Shown: positions 36,470 to 46,237, counted from the first letter of the stretch. The stretch: DNA of 63,263 bases from Saprospiraceae bacterium (GCA_043721685.1 JAYSQG010000007.1:1-63263); one strand, 5' to 3'. Notes: generated by a model from the sequence alone, not told the origin. Numbers and translations are program-made.

Positions 36470-37330
36470 TTATCGTGAAAATACTTTCTCCAACTTCGCA
36501 CCTGTCCATTTGTACAAAGTGATTTTATATTTTTGATTTTTGGTTTTAAAATCAACTTGACCGTTGTGCGTCACTTCTTCCATTTCAGCGGTATCTTCTG
36601 TTACCAAAACATGACCGCCAATGCCACCTTTGTCGTAAGGTAAAATATAATTTTCAGAACCATAACCCGCACCTGCCGACGAGGAGCTAACCGTTTCAAT
36701 CAAACGCACCAATTTCGACCCCTCAGTAAAAAAGATTAAATTGTCGCCTTGTGCATAATCGCAAGCACCATAAGTCATTTCGACAGATAACACTTGTTTT
36801 ACCTTGTCAAAGCCACCGCTTTTTAACGACAAACTCAACTCATAACCGATATCACCAACACTTTGGAATTCCGTTTTAGCGATTTCTTTTCCGTTTTTAG
36901 CGGCGCGGACTTGTATCGTTACTTTGTAGTCTTTTTCGTTATACGAAGACATTCCTGCGAGGAAAGTGATGTCATGCCCCACTTCTTCCTGAGTTGTCAT
37001 GACAACAGTGGTCAAAATGCCACTCCAGATATAACCTGTTTGTGCTCCTGCGGAAATGCGAAACCAAGGCGCTCTAAAGCCATTTAAGGTCAAAGAATCG
37101 GTCGTTCTTTCCAAAATTGTTACTTTGGTTGCGATGGGCAATTGTGCGATAGTCGCTGCCTTTGTCGAAGGTTTATCCCTTAAATTGGCATCGCTGACAA
37201 GGACATAAGCCTCTTTTACATCATCATTTTCATTAAACATCAACCAGCCCGAAGCTTTATTGACTTCTTCTTGTGCTTGTGCAACAACATAAAAGAGTAC
37301 GAGGGAAATTGTAAAAAGAATCTTTTTCAT
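36470..37330 (-). CDS. hypothetical secreted protein with an SH3b-like N-terminal segment
   Basis: 286 aa with a signal peptide. The segment ANLRDKPSTKAATIAQLPIATKVTILE resembles bacterial SH3. Confidence 0.5.
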   Translation of the reverse strand: MKKILFTISLVLFYVVAQAQEEVNKASGWLMFNENDDVKEAYVLVSDANLRDKPSTKAATIAQLPIATKVTILERTTDSLTLNGFRAPWFRISAGAQTGYIWSGILTTVVMTTQEEVGHDITFLAGMSSYNEKDYKVTIQVRAAKNGKEIAKTEFQSVGDIGYELSLSLKSGGFDKVKQVLSVEMTYGACDYAQGDNLIFFTEGSKLVRLIETVSSSSAGAGYGSENYILPYDKGGIGGHVLVTEDTAEMEEVTHNGQVDFKTKNQKYKITLYKWTGAKLEKVFSR

Positions 37331-37399
37331 ATTGGTGAATTTTAAATTTTTGTAAAAAAAAGTAACCCAAAGTCTATTTAAAAATAAAGAGCAATAAAA

Positions 37400-38050
37400 T
37401 TATTTTTTGTTGACACCCGAAAGGAAAGGCACAAAACGAAATTTTTCAAAAGCCTGTTCTTCAAATTCTGTTTCTGACAGGCGTGTGATTTTGTACATAC
37501 GCTGCCCTTCTTCTCCACCAACAGGAATGACCATGAAGCCACCGACAGCTAATTGCGCTTTCAAAGCCTCTGGTACTGAGGGGGCGGCTGCGGTAACGAT
37601 GATGCGGTCATAAGGTTCAAATTCGGGTAAACCGGCTGAACCATCTCTGAAAAAACAACGAATATTGGGCAAGCGAAGCTCTTTTAAGAAGTTTTTTGTT
37701 TTCAAATACAATTCTTCTTGTCGTTCAACAGTATAAACTCTTGCACCTAAAAGGGATAAAATACCTGCTTGATAGCCCGAACCTGTGCCAATTTCAAGCA
37801 CTTTTTGCCTTTTTTGAACATCTAAAAGCCGCGTCATATAAGCGACAGTGAAAGGTTGACTGATGGTTTGCTCGTTGCCAATCGGAAAGGCTTTGTCGGT
37901 ATATGCCCATTCTTCAAAGGCTTTTTCAAGGAAAAAATGGCGGGGTAGTGTCGTCATCGCCTCCAAAACACGTTCATCGTCTATACCTTTTGCCCGCAAC
38001 TCTTCGATGAGTTGTCGGCGCAAACCTTTATGTCTGTATGAATCTTGCAT
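37400..38050 (-). CDS. pcm: protein-L-isoaspartate O-methyltransferase
   Basis: 216 aa with TISQPFTVAYM and the SAM motif VLEIGTGSGYQ. Confidence 0.93.
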   Translation of the reverse strand: MQDSYRHKGLRRQLIEELRAKGIDDERVLEAMTTLPRHFFLEKAFEEWAYTDKAFPIGNEQTISQPFTVAYMTRLLDVQKRQKVLEIGTGSGYQAGILSLLGARVYTVERQEELYLKTKNFLKELRLPNIRCFFRDGSAGLPEFEPYDRIIVTAAAPSVPEALKAQLAVGGFMVIPVGGEEGQRMYKITRLSETEFEEQAFEKFRFVPFLSGVNKK

Positions 38051-38053
38051 GAT

Positions 38054-38147
38054 TGTATTGTTGTATGGCTATATTGTTGAGTTGTTGTATATGGTTATAT
38101 TGTTGAATTGTTTACTAAAACAATTCAACAATATAACCATACAACAA
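38054..38147. repeat. word-repeat hairpin built from TATATTGTTGA/ATTG words
   Basis: 38082-38112 pairs with 38119-38147 (about 29 bp with a 2-nt bulge) and is preceded by a direct partial copy. It ends 2 nt from the lgt stop. It is related to the element at 21409. Confidence 0.85.
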
Positions 38148-38148
38148 T

Positions 38149-39099
38149 TCAACCCTTTAACTTCTTATCTCTTTTAATTAAAATATAACTGGCAACGATA
38201 CCGATGATAAAAAACAACACGGCTATCAATTCAGCTTGTGTCATTTTAAAACTGGGCGTATCAATCAACTTATCATTAACGCGTATTTTTTCTATGAAAA
38301 AACGCTCAATACCGTTCAAAATCAAGTAAATCATAAACAAAACACCGTGCGTACTGATGCGTTTGCGGATAGACCATAAGAAAAAACCGATGCCTAAAGC
38401 CATAATAACTTCATAAAAAGGCGTTGGATAAACAGGTATGGGCAAATGATGATTGTGCAACGCCGTCAAACCTTCAATCGGAATGCCCGAATCTACGACG
38501 TTACGCGGATAGTCAAATGACCACATCCATGGTGGTAAAAACCAACCACTCGGCATGGGCGCGGCATCAATGCCCCAATCGCCGTCACCTGCCAACTGGC
38601 AACCGATGCGCCCTACGCCGTAGGCAAACATCAAAGCGGGCGCAACGGCATCCATCATATAAATGGGATTCATTTTGAGCTTCTTTTTCACAAACCAATA
38701 AACGCCGATAAAACCGCCAATGAGTCCACCATAGATTGCAATGCCCGAACCACTGAAAAAAGTGTGGATGGGGTCATTGAAAAAGGCTTTAATATTATCC
38801 ATACTTTCCAAAATGGCAAAAATCTTTGCACCCAACAAGCCTGAAATAGCGGCAACCATCGTTATGTCACCTACACGCTCATGCGGAAAAGCCATTTTCA
38901 TATTGCCTTTTTCGTCTTTGACAGGTTGGGCTTCGAAAAGCCCTTGGTCGGCTTTGCGTTTCAATTCTAAATATAAAGCGTAGGCAGCTGTCAAGAATGC
39001 CAAGGCGAGGAACAAACCAAAGGTCTGAATATATTGCGCCCAATTGTCATAAGACGTGCCGAATAGGTCGTGAAGGATGTAGGATAGGTTTGGATACAT
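38149..39099 (-). CDS. lgt: prolipoprotein diacylglyceryl transferase
   Basis: 316 aa, polytopic, with an Lgt-like GRIGC..AGDGDWG block and a long variant of the family. Confidence 0.8.
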   Translation of the reverse strand: MYPNLSYILHDLFGTSYDNWAQYIQTFGLFLALAFLTAAYALYLELKRKADQGLFEAQPVKDEKGNMKMAFPHERVGDITMVAAISGLLGAKIFAILESMDNIKAFFNDPIHTFFSGSGIAIYGGLIGGFIGVYWFVKKKLKMNPIYMMDAVAPALMFAYGVGRIGCQLAGDGDWGIDAAPMPSGWFLPPWMWSFDYPRNVVDSGIPIEGLTALHNHHLPIPVYPTPFYEVIMALGIGFFLWSIRKRISTHGVLFMIYLILNGIERFFIEKIRVNDKLIDTPSFKMTQAELIAVLFFIIGIVASYILIKRDKKLKG

Positions 39100-39161
39100 T
39101 GAAATATAATCGTTTATAAATTAAGCCAAAATATACTGAGGGGGGGTATTTTGCGTAAAAG

Positions 39162-39193
39162 TAAAAACGATTCAGTGGATACCGAATCGTTTT
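39162..39193. terminator. bidirectional terminator hairpin
   Basis: An 11-bp stem (aaaaacgattc / gaatcgttttt) flanked on both sides by TACTGAGGGG copies at 39133 and 39273. Confidence 0.65.
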
Positions 39194-39295
39194 TAAAGAA
39201 ATTACAGTTTTTATATTAAAAAGCCTTGGGCTTGATAGTTTTTATACATTTTTATGTCCCAAAAAGAGGAAATACTGAGGGGGAATCTTCAAACA

Positions 39296-40651
39296 TCAAA
39301 CCAAAACAGCCATTGCTAATTGTGCTTTGACATCGCCATCGTCATTAAAATCATTTAAATCAACAGGCAGAATAAAATTAGTAAGCAACTCATTTTCCCC
39401 ATTTTTAGGCAATTCAATTTTAATATAATTGTCCGTAAAACCTGTCAAAAAGGCACTATTTTTATGTTTTTCAAACAAAACTTCTCGTGTTTGACCTAAA
39501 AATTGTTGGTAGAAAGCACGTCGTTTTTTTTCTGATAAAATCCTAAGCATTTCATTACGCTCACGACGCTTGTGCATCGGCACAGAGTTTTCCATGTCAT
39601 TTGCAGGCGTATTTGGACGTTCTGAATATGTGAATACGTGCAAATAACTGATGTCAAGGCTGTTGATAAAACGATAGGTTTCTAAAAAATCCTCATCCGT
39701 TTCGCCTGGGAAACCGACTATTACGTCCACACCAATACAGGCATGAGGCATCAATGTTTTTATCGTTTCCAAACGGCTTGCATATAATTCCCGTTTGTAA
39801 CGCCGCTTCATTTGTTGCAATTGTTTATTATTGCCTGACTGTAAAGGAATATGAAAATGCGGCATAAAACGTTGAGAATCAGCGACAAACGAAATGATTT
39901 CATTCGTCAACAGATTCGGTTCTATGCTCGAAATGCGGAAGCGGTTGATGCCTTCCACTTTGTCCAATTCTTTTATCAAATCAATGAAAAGGGCTTCTTT
40001 TTTTACCCTTGTGCCTTCAATTACCTCTGTACCGTTGCCAAAATCGCCAATATTCACACCCGTCAGTACAATTTCTTTTACACCCATTTCTGCGATTTTA
40101 TGGGCATTCGCCACAACGCTTTCGACAGTATCGGAACGGCTTTTACCACGTGCCAAAGGAATGGTACAAAAAGTACATTTGTAATCACAACCGTCTTGCA
40201 CTTTCAAAAAAGAACGGGTGCGGTCACCAAACGAAAAGGCATTGTGAAAGGTATTGACTTCTTTGATTTCACCCGCCGAAACCATGCCTTTGCCTTGTGC
40301 TTTGGTGAGTGTATCTATATAATCAACGATTTTGAACTTCTCTCCTGCGCCTAACACTAAATCAACACCAGGGATATCTGCGATTTCTTGTGGCTTCAAC
40401 TGCGCATAACAACCGACGACAACAACAAATGACTGAGGGGTATGCCGCAACGCTCGCCGCACGATTTGACGACATTTTTGGTCTGCAAAATCGGTAACGC
40501 TACACGTATTAATAACATACACATCAGCCCCTGCGTCAAACTCATTGACAAAGAAGCCGTTGTCCTCAAAAAGCCGTTGAATGGAAGAGGTTTCAGAATA
40601 GTTGAGTTTGCAACCCAATGTATGAAAAGCGACAGATTTTGGTGTAGCCAT
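39296..40651 (-). CDS. mtaB: radical-SAM methylthiotransferase, MtaB-like
   Basis: 451 aa with the N-terminal UPF0004 cysteines (FHTLGCKLN, NTCSVT), the radical SAM motif CDYKCTFC, and a TRAM-like C-terminus. Confidence 0.85.
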   Translation of the reverse strand: MATPKSVAFHTLGCKLNYSETSSIQRLFEDNGFFVNEFDAGADVYVINTCSVTDFADQKCRQIVRRALRHTPQSFVVVVGCYAQLKPQEIADIPGVDLVLGAGEKFKIVDYIDTLTKAQGKGMVSAGEIKEVNTFHNAFSFGDRTRSFLKVQDGCDYKCTFCTIPLARGKSRSDTVESVVANAHKIAEMGVKEIVLTGVNIGDFGNGTEVIEGTRVKKEALFIDLIKELDKVEGINRFRISSIEPNLLTNEIISFVADSQRFMPHFHIPLQSGNNKQLQQMKRRYKRELYASRLETIKTLMPHACIGVDVIVGFPGETDEDFLETYRFINSLDISYLHVFTYSERPNTPANDMENSVPMHKRRERNEMLRILSEKKRRAFYQQFLGQTREVLFEKHKNSAFLTGFTDNYIKIELPKNGENELLTNFILPVDLNDFNDDGDVKAQLAMAVLV

Positions 40652-40777
40652 TTTTGTTAATCGTTAATCGTTGTTCGTTAGTTCGTTAATCGTTAGTTCG
40701 TTAATCGTTAATCGGTCAAACATTTTGCTCCCGAATATACGAATAACGATTAACGAATAACGATTGACGAACTAACG
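40652..40777. repeat. word-repeat hairpin built from CGTTAATCG/CGTTAGTTCG words (about 38-bp imperfect stem)
   Basis: 40676-40714 pairs with 40740-40777 with three mismatches. The 3' arm overlaps the stop codon of the upstream gene. Confidence 0.8.
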
Positions 40778-41383
40778 AGACTTCGGACGTGGGCGTTTGC
40801 CACCGCCACCCATTGTGTTGCGGAAGCCGGGGCGTGACATAGCGGCTTTGACTTGACCTTTTTGCTTCATGGCTTCGTCAAATTCCTTGATTTGTTCTTT
40901 TATCATCGGCTCCGTCACTTTGAGGGCTTTGAGTTGACGATAAAAGTTTTCGGCTGCGGGCCAGTTGTTTTTCATCAAACGGAAGTTGGTGAGTGCCAAA
41001 AGCACCATTGCTTTCTCGTTATCGCTTGGCAAACCGATTTTTTGAGCCTTTATGTAATGCTCTTCTGCTATCACATATTCTTTTTGTTGACTGTAAATGG
41101 TGCCTTTCAACAACCAGAAATACGCCCGATTTGCTGTATAAAGCCATTGTGGGAAGTAGGTCATATTCAATCGTTGGTCAGCTGCCATGAAGTCACCTGT
41201 TTGCAACATCATTGCTGCCGATTGCACTGTTCCAAGCAAAATATAACCGACGATTAGGATGATACCTGCTAAAAGGAACGGAAATGCCCACCAAAAGCCC
41301 CAGATAAATGCTGCGGCTGTGCCACCAATCAAAAACACGGCGATAAGCGCGAAACGAAGATAAATATTGATAGAAAACATCAT
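40772..41383 (-). CDS. hypothetical membrane protein with TPR-like C-terminal region
   Basis: 203 aa with two N-terminal TM helices followed by helical repeats. No family recognised. Confidence 0.55.
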   Translation of the reverse strand: MMFSINIYLRFALIAVFLIGGTAAAFIWGFWWAFPFLLAGIILIVGYILLGTVQSAAMMLQTGDFMAADQRLNMTYFPQWLYTANRAYFWLLKGTIYSQQKEYVIAEEHYIKAQKIGLPSDNEKAMVLLALTNFRLMKNNWPAAENFYRQLKALKVTEPMIKEQIKEFDEAMKQKGQVKAAMSRPGFRNTMGGGGKRPRPKSR

Positions 41384-41423
41384 GGCTTTCAGATTTTTAA
41401 TTGTAAATTTTAGAAATTGACCG

Positions 41424-41431
41424 CAAAGGTA
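41424..41431 (-). promoter_or_regulatory. candidate -7 box TACCTTTG (reverse strand)
   Basis: The plus strand reads caaaggta, 41 nt upstream of ATG 41383. Confidence 0.4.
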
Positions 41432-41441
41432 GAAAAAAATT

Positions 41442-41502
41442 AATGATGAACGATGAATGATAAATGATGAATTGTGGCAGCTAACCTTAGATATTCATCA
41501 TT
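41442..41502. repeat. word-repeat hairpin built from ATGATGAA words
   Basis: Direct copies aatgatgaacgatgaatgataaatgatgaat come first. Then aatgatgaat (41463-41472) pairs with attcatcatt (41493-41502), which overlaps a stop codon. Confidence 0.75.
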
Positions 41503-42178
41503 TTTTAAGAATGTCGCCTCGATTGAGCAAAATATAATTGCCTTTTACATCCAAATAGACCCCCTCAGTAAAAATGCGTTTGAAATGGTTATTGAAGAAG
41601 GCATCTGAATTTTTCTTATCTTTTTTAGAATAGGAGAGTTTGTTGAACAGCAAAATGCCATTGGGGGAGAGCATTTTTTTCAAATTTACAAGGAAATCCT
41701 CGTGTTCCAGTTCCGTCGGCACTTCGTCATCGAGGAAAACATCCATACATATCATATCGTATTTCTTTTTCGAAAATGCGGCAAAAGTCGCTGCGTCGGA
41801 CAGTTGAAATTCGATACCCGATTGAATATCAGGCACAACGTAGGTGTTTGCTAACCTCAAAATTTCAGGGTCAATCTCAACGGCAGTGTAGTAGTACTTT
41901 TTTTGAAACATCGTTTCCAATATCAAGGGAATACTGCCGAGTCCAAAACCGAGAATCAAAACGTCTTTGATTTCAAGCCTATCGAGGTCAATTTGTTCAA
42001 AGGCTTTTGTAAAATTATCGTACAAATCGCCATAGCTATAAATGGCGTTTGCCGTCACAAGCTGATAGCGTCCACGGCTCAAAACGACTCGTAAATAAGG
42101 ATTGTACCCGCTTCCTGTTGTCTCGACGTGAACGGTTTTTATATAACTCAAAAGGCGACGCCAAAGTGGTTGATTCAT
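41498..42178 (-). CDS. spermidine-synthase-like class I methyltransferase-fold protein
   Basis: 226 aa with VLILGFGLGS (motif I-like) and DMICMDVF. Assignment is at fold level only. Confidence 0.55.
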   Translation of the reverse strand: MNQPLWRRLLSYIKTVHVETTGSGYNPYLRVVLSRGRYQLVTANAIYSYGDLYDNFTKAFEQIDLDRLEIKDVLILGFGLGSIPLILETMFQKKYYYTAVEIDPEILRLANTYVVPDIQSGIEFQLSDAATFAAFSKKKYDMICMDVFLDDEVPTELEHEDFLVNLKKMLSPNGILLFNKLSYSKKDKKNSDAFFNNHFKRIFTEGVYLDVKGNYILLNRGDILKK

Positions 42179-43279
42179 TTATTTTTCCTTGTTTTTTAAA
42201 AATACTTTCCTAATCCAGTTAGGCACAATGACAGCACCCGCCGCTAAATAAAGATAATACGACATCAACCGCCATATCAAAGCAATGACCGTTGCGACTT
42301 CAAGATTTGAAATAAAATCATGTAAAAATGGGAAAAACAGTCCTTCCGCAATCCCCGCCCCGCCAGGTGTCGGTGACAAAGCCATAATGATAAACATCGC
42401 TTGAAGACGTGAATAAAGCAGCACTTGTCGCCCAAAATCCATAACAGTATGGTCAATACCATATATAAGGCATGAAATGAGGATAAACTTACACGTCCAC
42501 GCCACCCAAGTTGCGCCAAAAGCCGCTAAGTGTTGTTTCCAACCAATATTTTTCATGTCTTTGGAAGCGAGGACAATTTCGGCACCCAATTTTTGCATCC
42601 GTTCTCGAAACCGTTTAAGAAATGGAATCCGCGTTGCGCCAACCAAAAAACGTTTGATAAGCGTTGGATTGATGAATAAACCATAAAAAAGAAACAACCC
42701 ATAAGTCACCATGCCTGCGTAAGACAGAAAAAACAAACGTGATTCCCAATTGGCATCTGAAAGGCTTTCCATGTACGGACGAATGACTTTTGCGCCATTT
42801 ATGGCAAAAAGAAGTGGAAAAGTGCCAACAAAAAACAAGGTATCAAGGACCACTTTATATAAAACGATGGTTGTTGTGCGTGCTGCGGACAGTCGTTCAT
42901 GCGTCAAAACAAAGAGTGAAACTGCCGAACCGCCGACCGTTGTAGGCGTAATACAGAGACTAAATTCAAAAATAAGGACGAGTTCAATACACTTAACAAA
43001 GCTAAAATGCCCTTGTGCCAATATCCACATACGCACTGAAAATGCCAAGTGCCGCACAACCATCAAGGCAAAAGCCAATAAAATCCAACCAAAAGTTGCC
43101 ACAGACCAGTGAATTTGGCGTATTTTTTCAAAATCAAAATTGCGCAGCACCAACCACGCCACAACACCCAAACCCAGCAGAATCGGTAAAATCATACGCG
43201 ACGCACGAAGCGAGTGCAGCACATTGCGCTGTTCTTCTGAAAGCTGTTCTATGTCGTCTTTAGGTGGTGTCTGACTCAT
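42179..43279 (-). CDS. UPF0104 / lysylphosphatidylglycerol-synthase TM-region (flippase-like) membrane protein
   Basis: 366 aa with about 8 TM helices and SPTPGGAGIAEG, a conserved block of the family. Its stop abuts the start of the next gene. Confidence 0.7.
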   Translation of the reverse strand: MSQTPPKDDIEQLSEEQRNVLHSLRASRMILPILLGLGVVAWLVLRNFDFEKIRQIHWSVATFGWILLAFALMVVRHLAFSVRMWILAQGHFSFVKCIELVLIFEFSLCITPTTVGGSAVSLFVLTHERLSAARTTTIVLYKVVLDTLFFVGTFPLLFAINGAKVIRPYMESLSDANWESRLFFLSYAGMVTYGLFLFYGLFINPTLIKRFLVGATRIPFLKRFRERMQKLGAEIVLASKDMKNIGWKQHLAAFGATWVAWTCKFILISCLIYGIDHTVMDFGRQVLLYSRLQAMFIIMALSPTPGGAGIAEGLFFPFLHDFISNLEVATVIALIWRLMSYYLYLAAGAVIVPNWIRKVFLKNKEK

Positions 43280-43372
43280 GCTGCCAAGATAGAGAGATTT
43301 TTGAATTTAAAGGCGGTCATTTCTTTTGCTTTTAAAAAAGTGCATACAAAGCGTTTTTTTTTAAACTATTCA

Positions 43373-43380
43373 TACCTTTG
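43373..43380 (+). promoter_or_regulatory. candidate -7 box TACCTTTG upstream of metK
   Basis: Exact TAnnTTTG match about 100 nt upstream of ATG 43483. Confidence 0.45.
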
Positions 43381-43482
43381 CGCCGTAAAACCCTAATAAA
43401 CCCTGTAAATGTACTGAGGGGGGGCAATTTTCCACCTTTCTAATTCTATATTTTATAAAAAAATTAAAACAAAAATTCATTT

Positions 43483-44745
43483 ATGCCTTATTTATTCACA
43501 TCAGAATCCGTTTCAGAAGGTCATCCGGATAAAATTTCCGACCAAATTTCAGATGCACTTATTGATAATTTCCTTGCTTTCGACCCTTCATCAAAAGTGG
43601 CTTGTGAAACACTTGTCACAACAGGTTTAGTTGTTTTGGCAGGCGAAGTTAAAACGAAAACCTATCTCGACGTTCAAAGTATTGCACGCGAGGTGATTCG
43701 CAAAATTGGTTATACGAAGTCAGAATACATGTTTGAAGCCGATTCTTGCGGTATTCTTTCAGCCATTCACGAGCAAAGTGCCGACATCAATCAAGGTGTT
43801 GAGCGCAAAAGCCCAGAAGAACAAGGTGCAGGCGACCAAGGTATGATGTTCGGTTATGCAACAAGCGAAACGGACAATTATATGCCTTTGGCTTTGGATT
43901 TGGCGCATAAACTCCTTATCGAATTGGCGGCAGTGCGTCGTGAAGGTAAAGAAATGACGTATTTGCGCCCAGATGCGAAATCACAAGTTACGATTGAGTA
44001 TTCTGACGACAACCAACCGCAACGTATTGATACGATTGTACTTTCGACACAACACGATGATTTTGCAGAAGAAGCCGCGATGCAAGCAAGAATCCAAGCA
44101 GATGTCATCAATATCCTCATTCCACGCATCAAATCGCAGATGAAAGAGGAAATTAAAGCCCTTTTCACGGACGACATCATTTATCACGTCAACCCAACAG
44201 GTAAATTCGTTATCGGTGGACCACACGGCGATACAGGTTTGACAGGTCGTAAAATCATCGTGGATACTTATGGCGGCAAAGGCGCACATGGTGGCGGTGC
44301 TTTTTCGGGCAAAGACCCTTCAAAAGTTGACCGTTCTGCAGCTTATGCTACGCGTCATATCGCTAAAAACTTGGTTGCAGCAGGTTTGTGCGACGAAGTT
44401 TTGGTACAAGTTTCTTACGCTATCGGTGTTGCAAAACCGATGGGTATTTACGTTAACACGTATGGTACTTGCAAAAAGAAAAAAATGTCTGATGGTGAAG
44501 TGGCTCAAATCGTCGAAAAATTGTTCGACATGCGCCCTTATGCCATTGAAAAACGCTTGAAATTGCGTTCGCCGATGTATTCTGAAACAGCTGCTTATGG
44601 TCACATGGGTCGCCAAAATGAAATCGTCGAAAAGACATTTTCAACGCCTGATGGCAAGACAAAAACAATGAAAGTTGAGCTTTTTACTTGGGAAAAACTC
44701 GATTATGTTGAAAAAGTAAGAAAAGCGTTCCGTTTGCGGAAGTAA
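43483..44745 (+). CDS. metK: S-adenosylmethionine synthase
   Basis: 420 aa with [19 protein letters not shown] and GGGAFSGKD. Confidence 0.97.
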   Translation: MPYLFTSESVSEGHPDKISDQISDALIDNFLAFDPSSKVACETLVTTGLVVLAGEVKTKTYLDVQSIAREVIRKIGYTKSEYMFEADSCGILSAIHEQSADINQGVERKSPEEQGAGDQGMMFGYATSETDNYMPLALDLAHKLLIELAAVRREGKEMTYLRPDAKSQVTIEYSDDNQPQRIDTIVLSTQHDDFAEEAAMQARIQADVINILIPRIKSQMKEEIKALFTDDIIYHVNPTGKFVIGGPHGDTGLTGRKIIVDTYGGKGAHGGGAFSGKDPSKVDRSAAYATRHIAKNLVAAGLCDEVLVQVSYAIGVAKPMGIYVNTYGTCKKKKMSDGEVAQIVEKLFDMRPYAIEKRLKLRSPMYSETAAYGHMGRQNEIVEKTFSTPDGKTKTMKVELFTWEKLDYVEKVRKAFRLRK

Positions 44746-44767
44746 TCTTTTCAAACAGTTTAATAAA

Positions 44768-44812
44768 AAACGCCCGTTCAAACCAGTAATTTGAGCGGGC
44801 GTTTCCGTTTGT
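44768..44812 (+). terminator. intrinsic terminator after metK
   Basis: A 14-bp stem (aaacgcccgttcaa / ttgagcgggcgttt) followed by a T-rich tail. Confidence 0.75.
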
Positions 44813-44825
44813 TTTTGTTCAAAAA

Positions 44826-45281
44826 TTATTCACAACCTTGTCGCTTGCGCGTATCAATGATGTATTGAATTTTCCAAAGACCATCCATTTTTACCAATTG
44901 AAACGAATTCGCACCACAATGACTGAACTGCCCTTTGAAGTAAAACTTATAAGGTGTCCAAACCGATGCCAATGCACCGTCTATTTCAACCGTCTTAAAC
45001 TCGATGCGTTCATAGGCATTGCCTTTTTCTTCTTTGGCAATGAAACGTATGAAATCATCTACATTTTCCGTTTTGACAGACACCGCCCCCTCTTTAGAGC
45101 GTGCAATCGTCTGAAAAATGACCCCCTCAGTAATTGTTGACCGAATGAGTGCCGTATCGCCTGTTTTCATGCCTTCAAAAAAATGATTGATGGTCATCTT
45201 TACGGAGTCAGTAGCCGTTGCTTGAGCCATTGTTTTTGAAAACGGCAAAAACAGCATTGTTATAAAAATGAATTCTTTCAT
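44826..45281 (-). CDS. secreted NTF2/SnoaL-like fold protein
   Basis: Start set at MKEFIFITMLFLPF. The protein is about 150 aa with a pattern typical of DUF4440-like proteins. Confidence 0.55.
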   Translation of the reverse strand: MKEFIFITMLFLPFSKTMAQATATDSVKMTINHFFEGMKTGDTALIRSTITEGVIFQTIARSKEGAVSVKTENVDDFIRFIAKEEKGNAYERIEFKTVEIDGALASVWTPYKFYFKGQFSHCGANSFQLVKMDGLWKIQYIIDTRKRQGCE

Positions 45282-45402
45282 GTTGTTTCGTTTTTTGTTA
45301 GTTAGTAATGGGCAAAACCATGTCATTTTTCAATGGGCGTTACCCATTGCTAACGCATTACGCTCTTTCAGAGCTTTTAGGAAGTTTTTCACTTCCCACT
45401 TT

Positions 45403-45831
45403 TCACTTAACCCGATACCAGGTTTGTGTTCTGTAAAAGGGTCCTATCCAGCCACGTACTTTCAATTCGTTGCTATTGCCATTTTCAAACCACATGCTGC
45501 ACGTGTATTCTTTACCTTTTTCAGGGTCGAGGATTTTACCACCTTTCCAAGTTGAGCCACTGGCATACATATCGCGTACAATCATCATTTGCATGACTTT
45601 TTGTCCTTTTCGCCAGTCTGTACATTTATCACATACGCGATTTGGGTCGGTGTCTTTTCGCAAAAAAGCAATGACTTTGCCGTACATTTTGCCATTTTCT
45701 TGATATAATTGGACATTGGATTTGGCTTCGCCCGTTTCGTCGTCAATAGATTTCCAAACGCCGATTGGCGATTGAGCTTGTAATCCTAAAAAGAGGCAGG
45801 CGAACACGCCAAGCAATAAGAACTTCTTCAT
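45403..45831 (-). CDS. DUF2147 domain-containing protein
   Basis: 142 aa with a signal peptide. It has the GVWKSIDDETGE ... CDKC ... GGKILDPEKGKEY pattern. Confidence 0.8.
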   Translation of the reverse strand: MKKFLLLGVFACLFLGLQAQSPIGVWKSIDDETGEAKSNVQLYQENGKMYGKVIAFLRKDTDPNRVCDKCTDWRKGQKVMQMMIVRDMYASGSTWKGGKILDPEKGKEYTCSMWFENGNSNELKVRGWIGPFYRTQTWYRVK

Positions 45832-46030
45832 TCTGTAATTGATTTGTTTTTAATGAGTAAATTGATTTTATAGTTAGAAATCGAACAAAAAAACGGTAAA
45901 TCTTTTTAAAAACAGACTATTTTACTTTTTTTATGAAAAAAATAACAAAAATACCCCCCTCAGTAAAAAGGCACTTACAACGCCTTAAATGCCTTCTTTT
46001 TCTAAAAAATTAAAAAAAAACAAAATGAAA

Positions 46031-46062
46031 TTTGGTCACATCGAGAAAACGGCATACGTTTG
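46031..46062 (+). promoter_or_regulatory. Bacteroidota-type promoter of the aromatic amino-acid operon leader
   Basis: -33 TTTG at 46031-46034, a 20-nt spacer, then -7 TACGTTTG at 46055-46062. Confidence 0.55.
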
Positions 46063-46085
46063 CACCCAATAAAATCAATCAGACA

Positions 46086-46175
46086 ATGACGCGCCCTTTC
46101 GCAAATACATTTAGCTTTTTTTATTTTTACTTTTACACTACCAGTAAGAGGAGCTACTTATTTGCGCGGCGATAA
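46086..46175 (+). CDS. Phe/Tyr-rich leader peptide (29 codons)
   Basis: Translation is MTRPFANTFSFFYFYFYTTSKRSYLFARR*, with 7 Phe and 4 Tyr including the run FSFFYFYFY. It lies between the promoter and an intrinsic terminator, upstream of pheA. Confidence 0.6.
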   Translation: MTRPFANTFSFFYFYFYTTSKRSYLFARR

Positions 46176-46201
46176 AAAATATACGCTTAAAAGATGCAAA
46201 A

Positions 46202-46237
46202 AGGAGTTCCTCAACGGGGACTCCTTTTTTTGTTTTT
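46202..46237 (+). terminator. attenuator terminator
   Basis: A 9-bp stem (aggagttcc / ggggactcct, with one G-U pair) followed by TTTTTTTGTTTTT, 27 nt after the leader stop. Confidence 0.65.

Noticed and set aside
43280-43482. I looked for a SAM riboswitch upstream of metK.
   Set aside because: I could not find the conserved S-box/SAM-I core or a SAM-II-like pseudoknot sequence by eye. The region holds only a -7 box and one copy of the abundant motif. A covariance-model scan would be needed to be certain.
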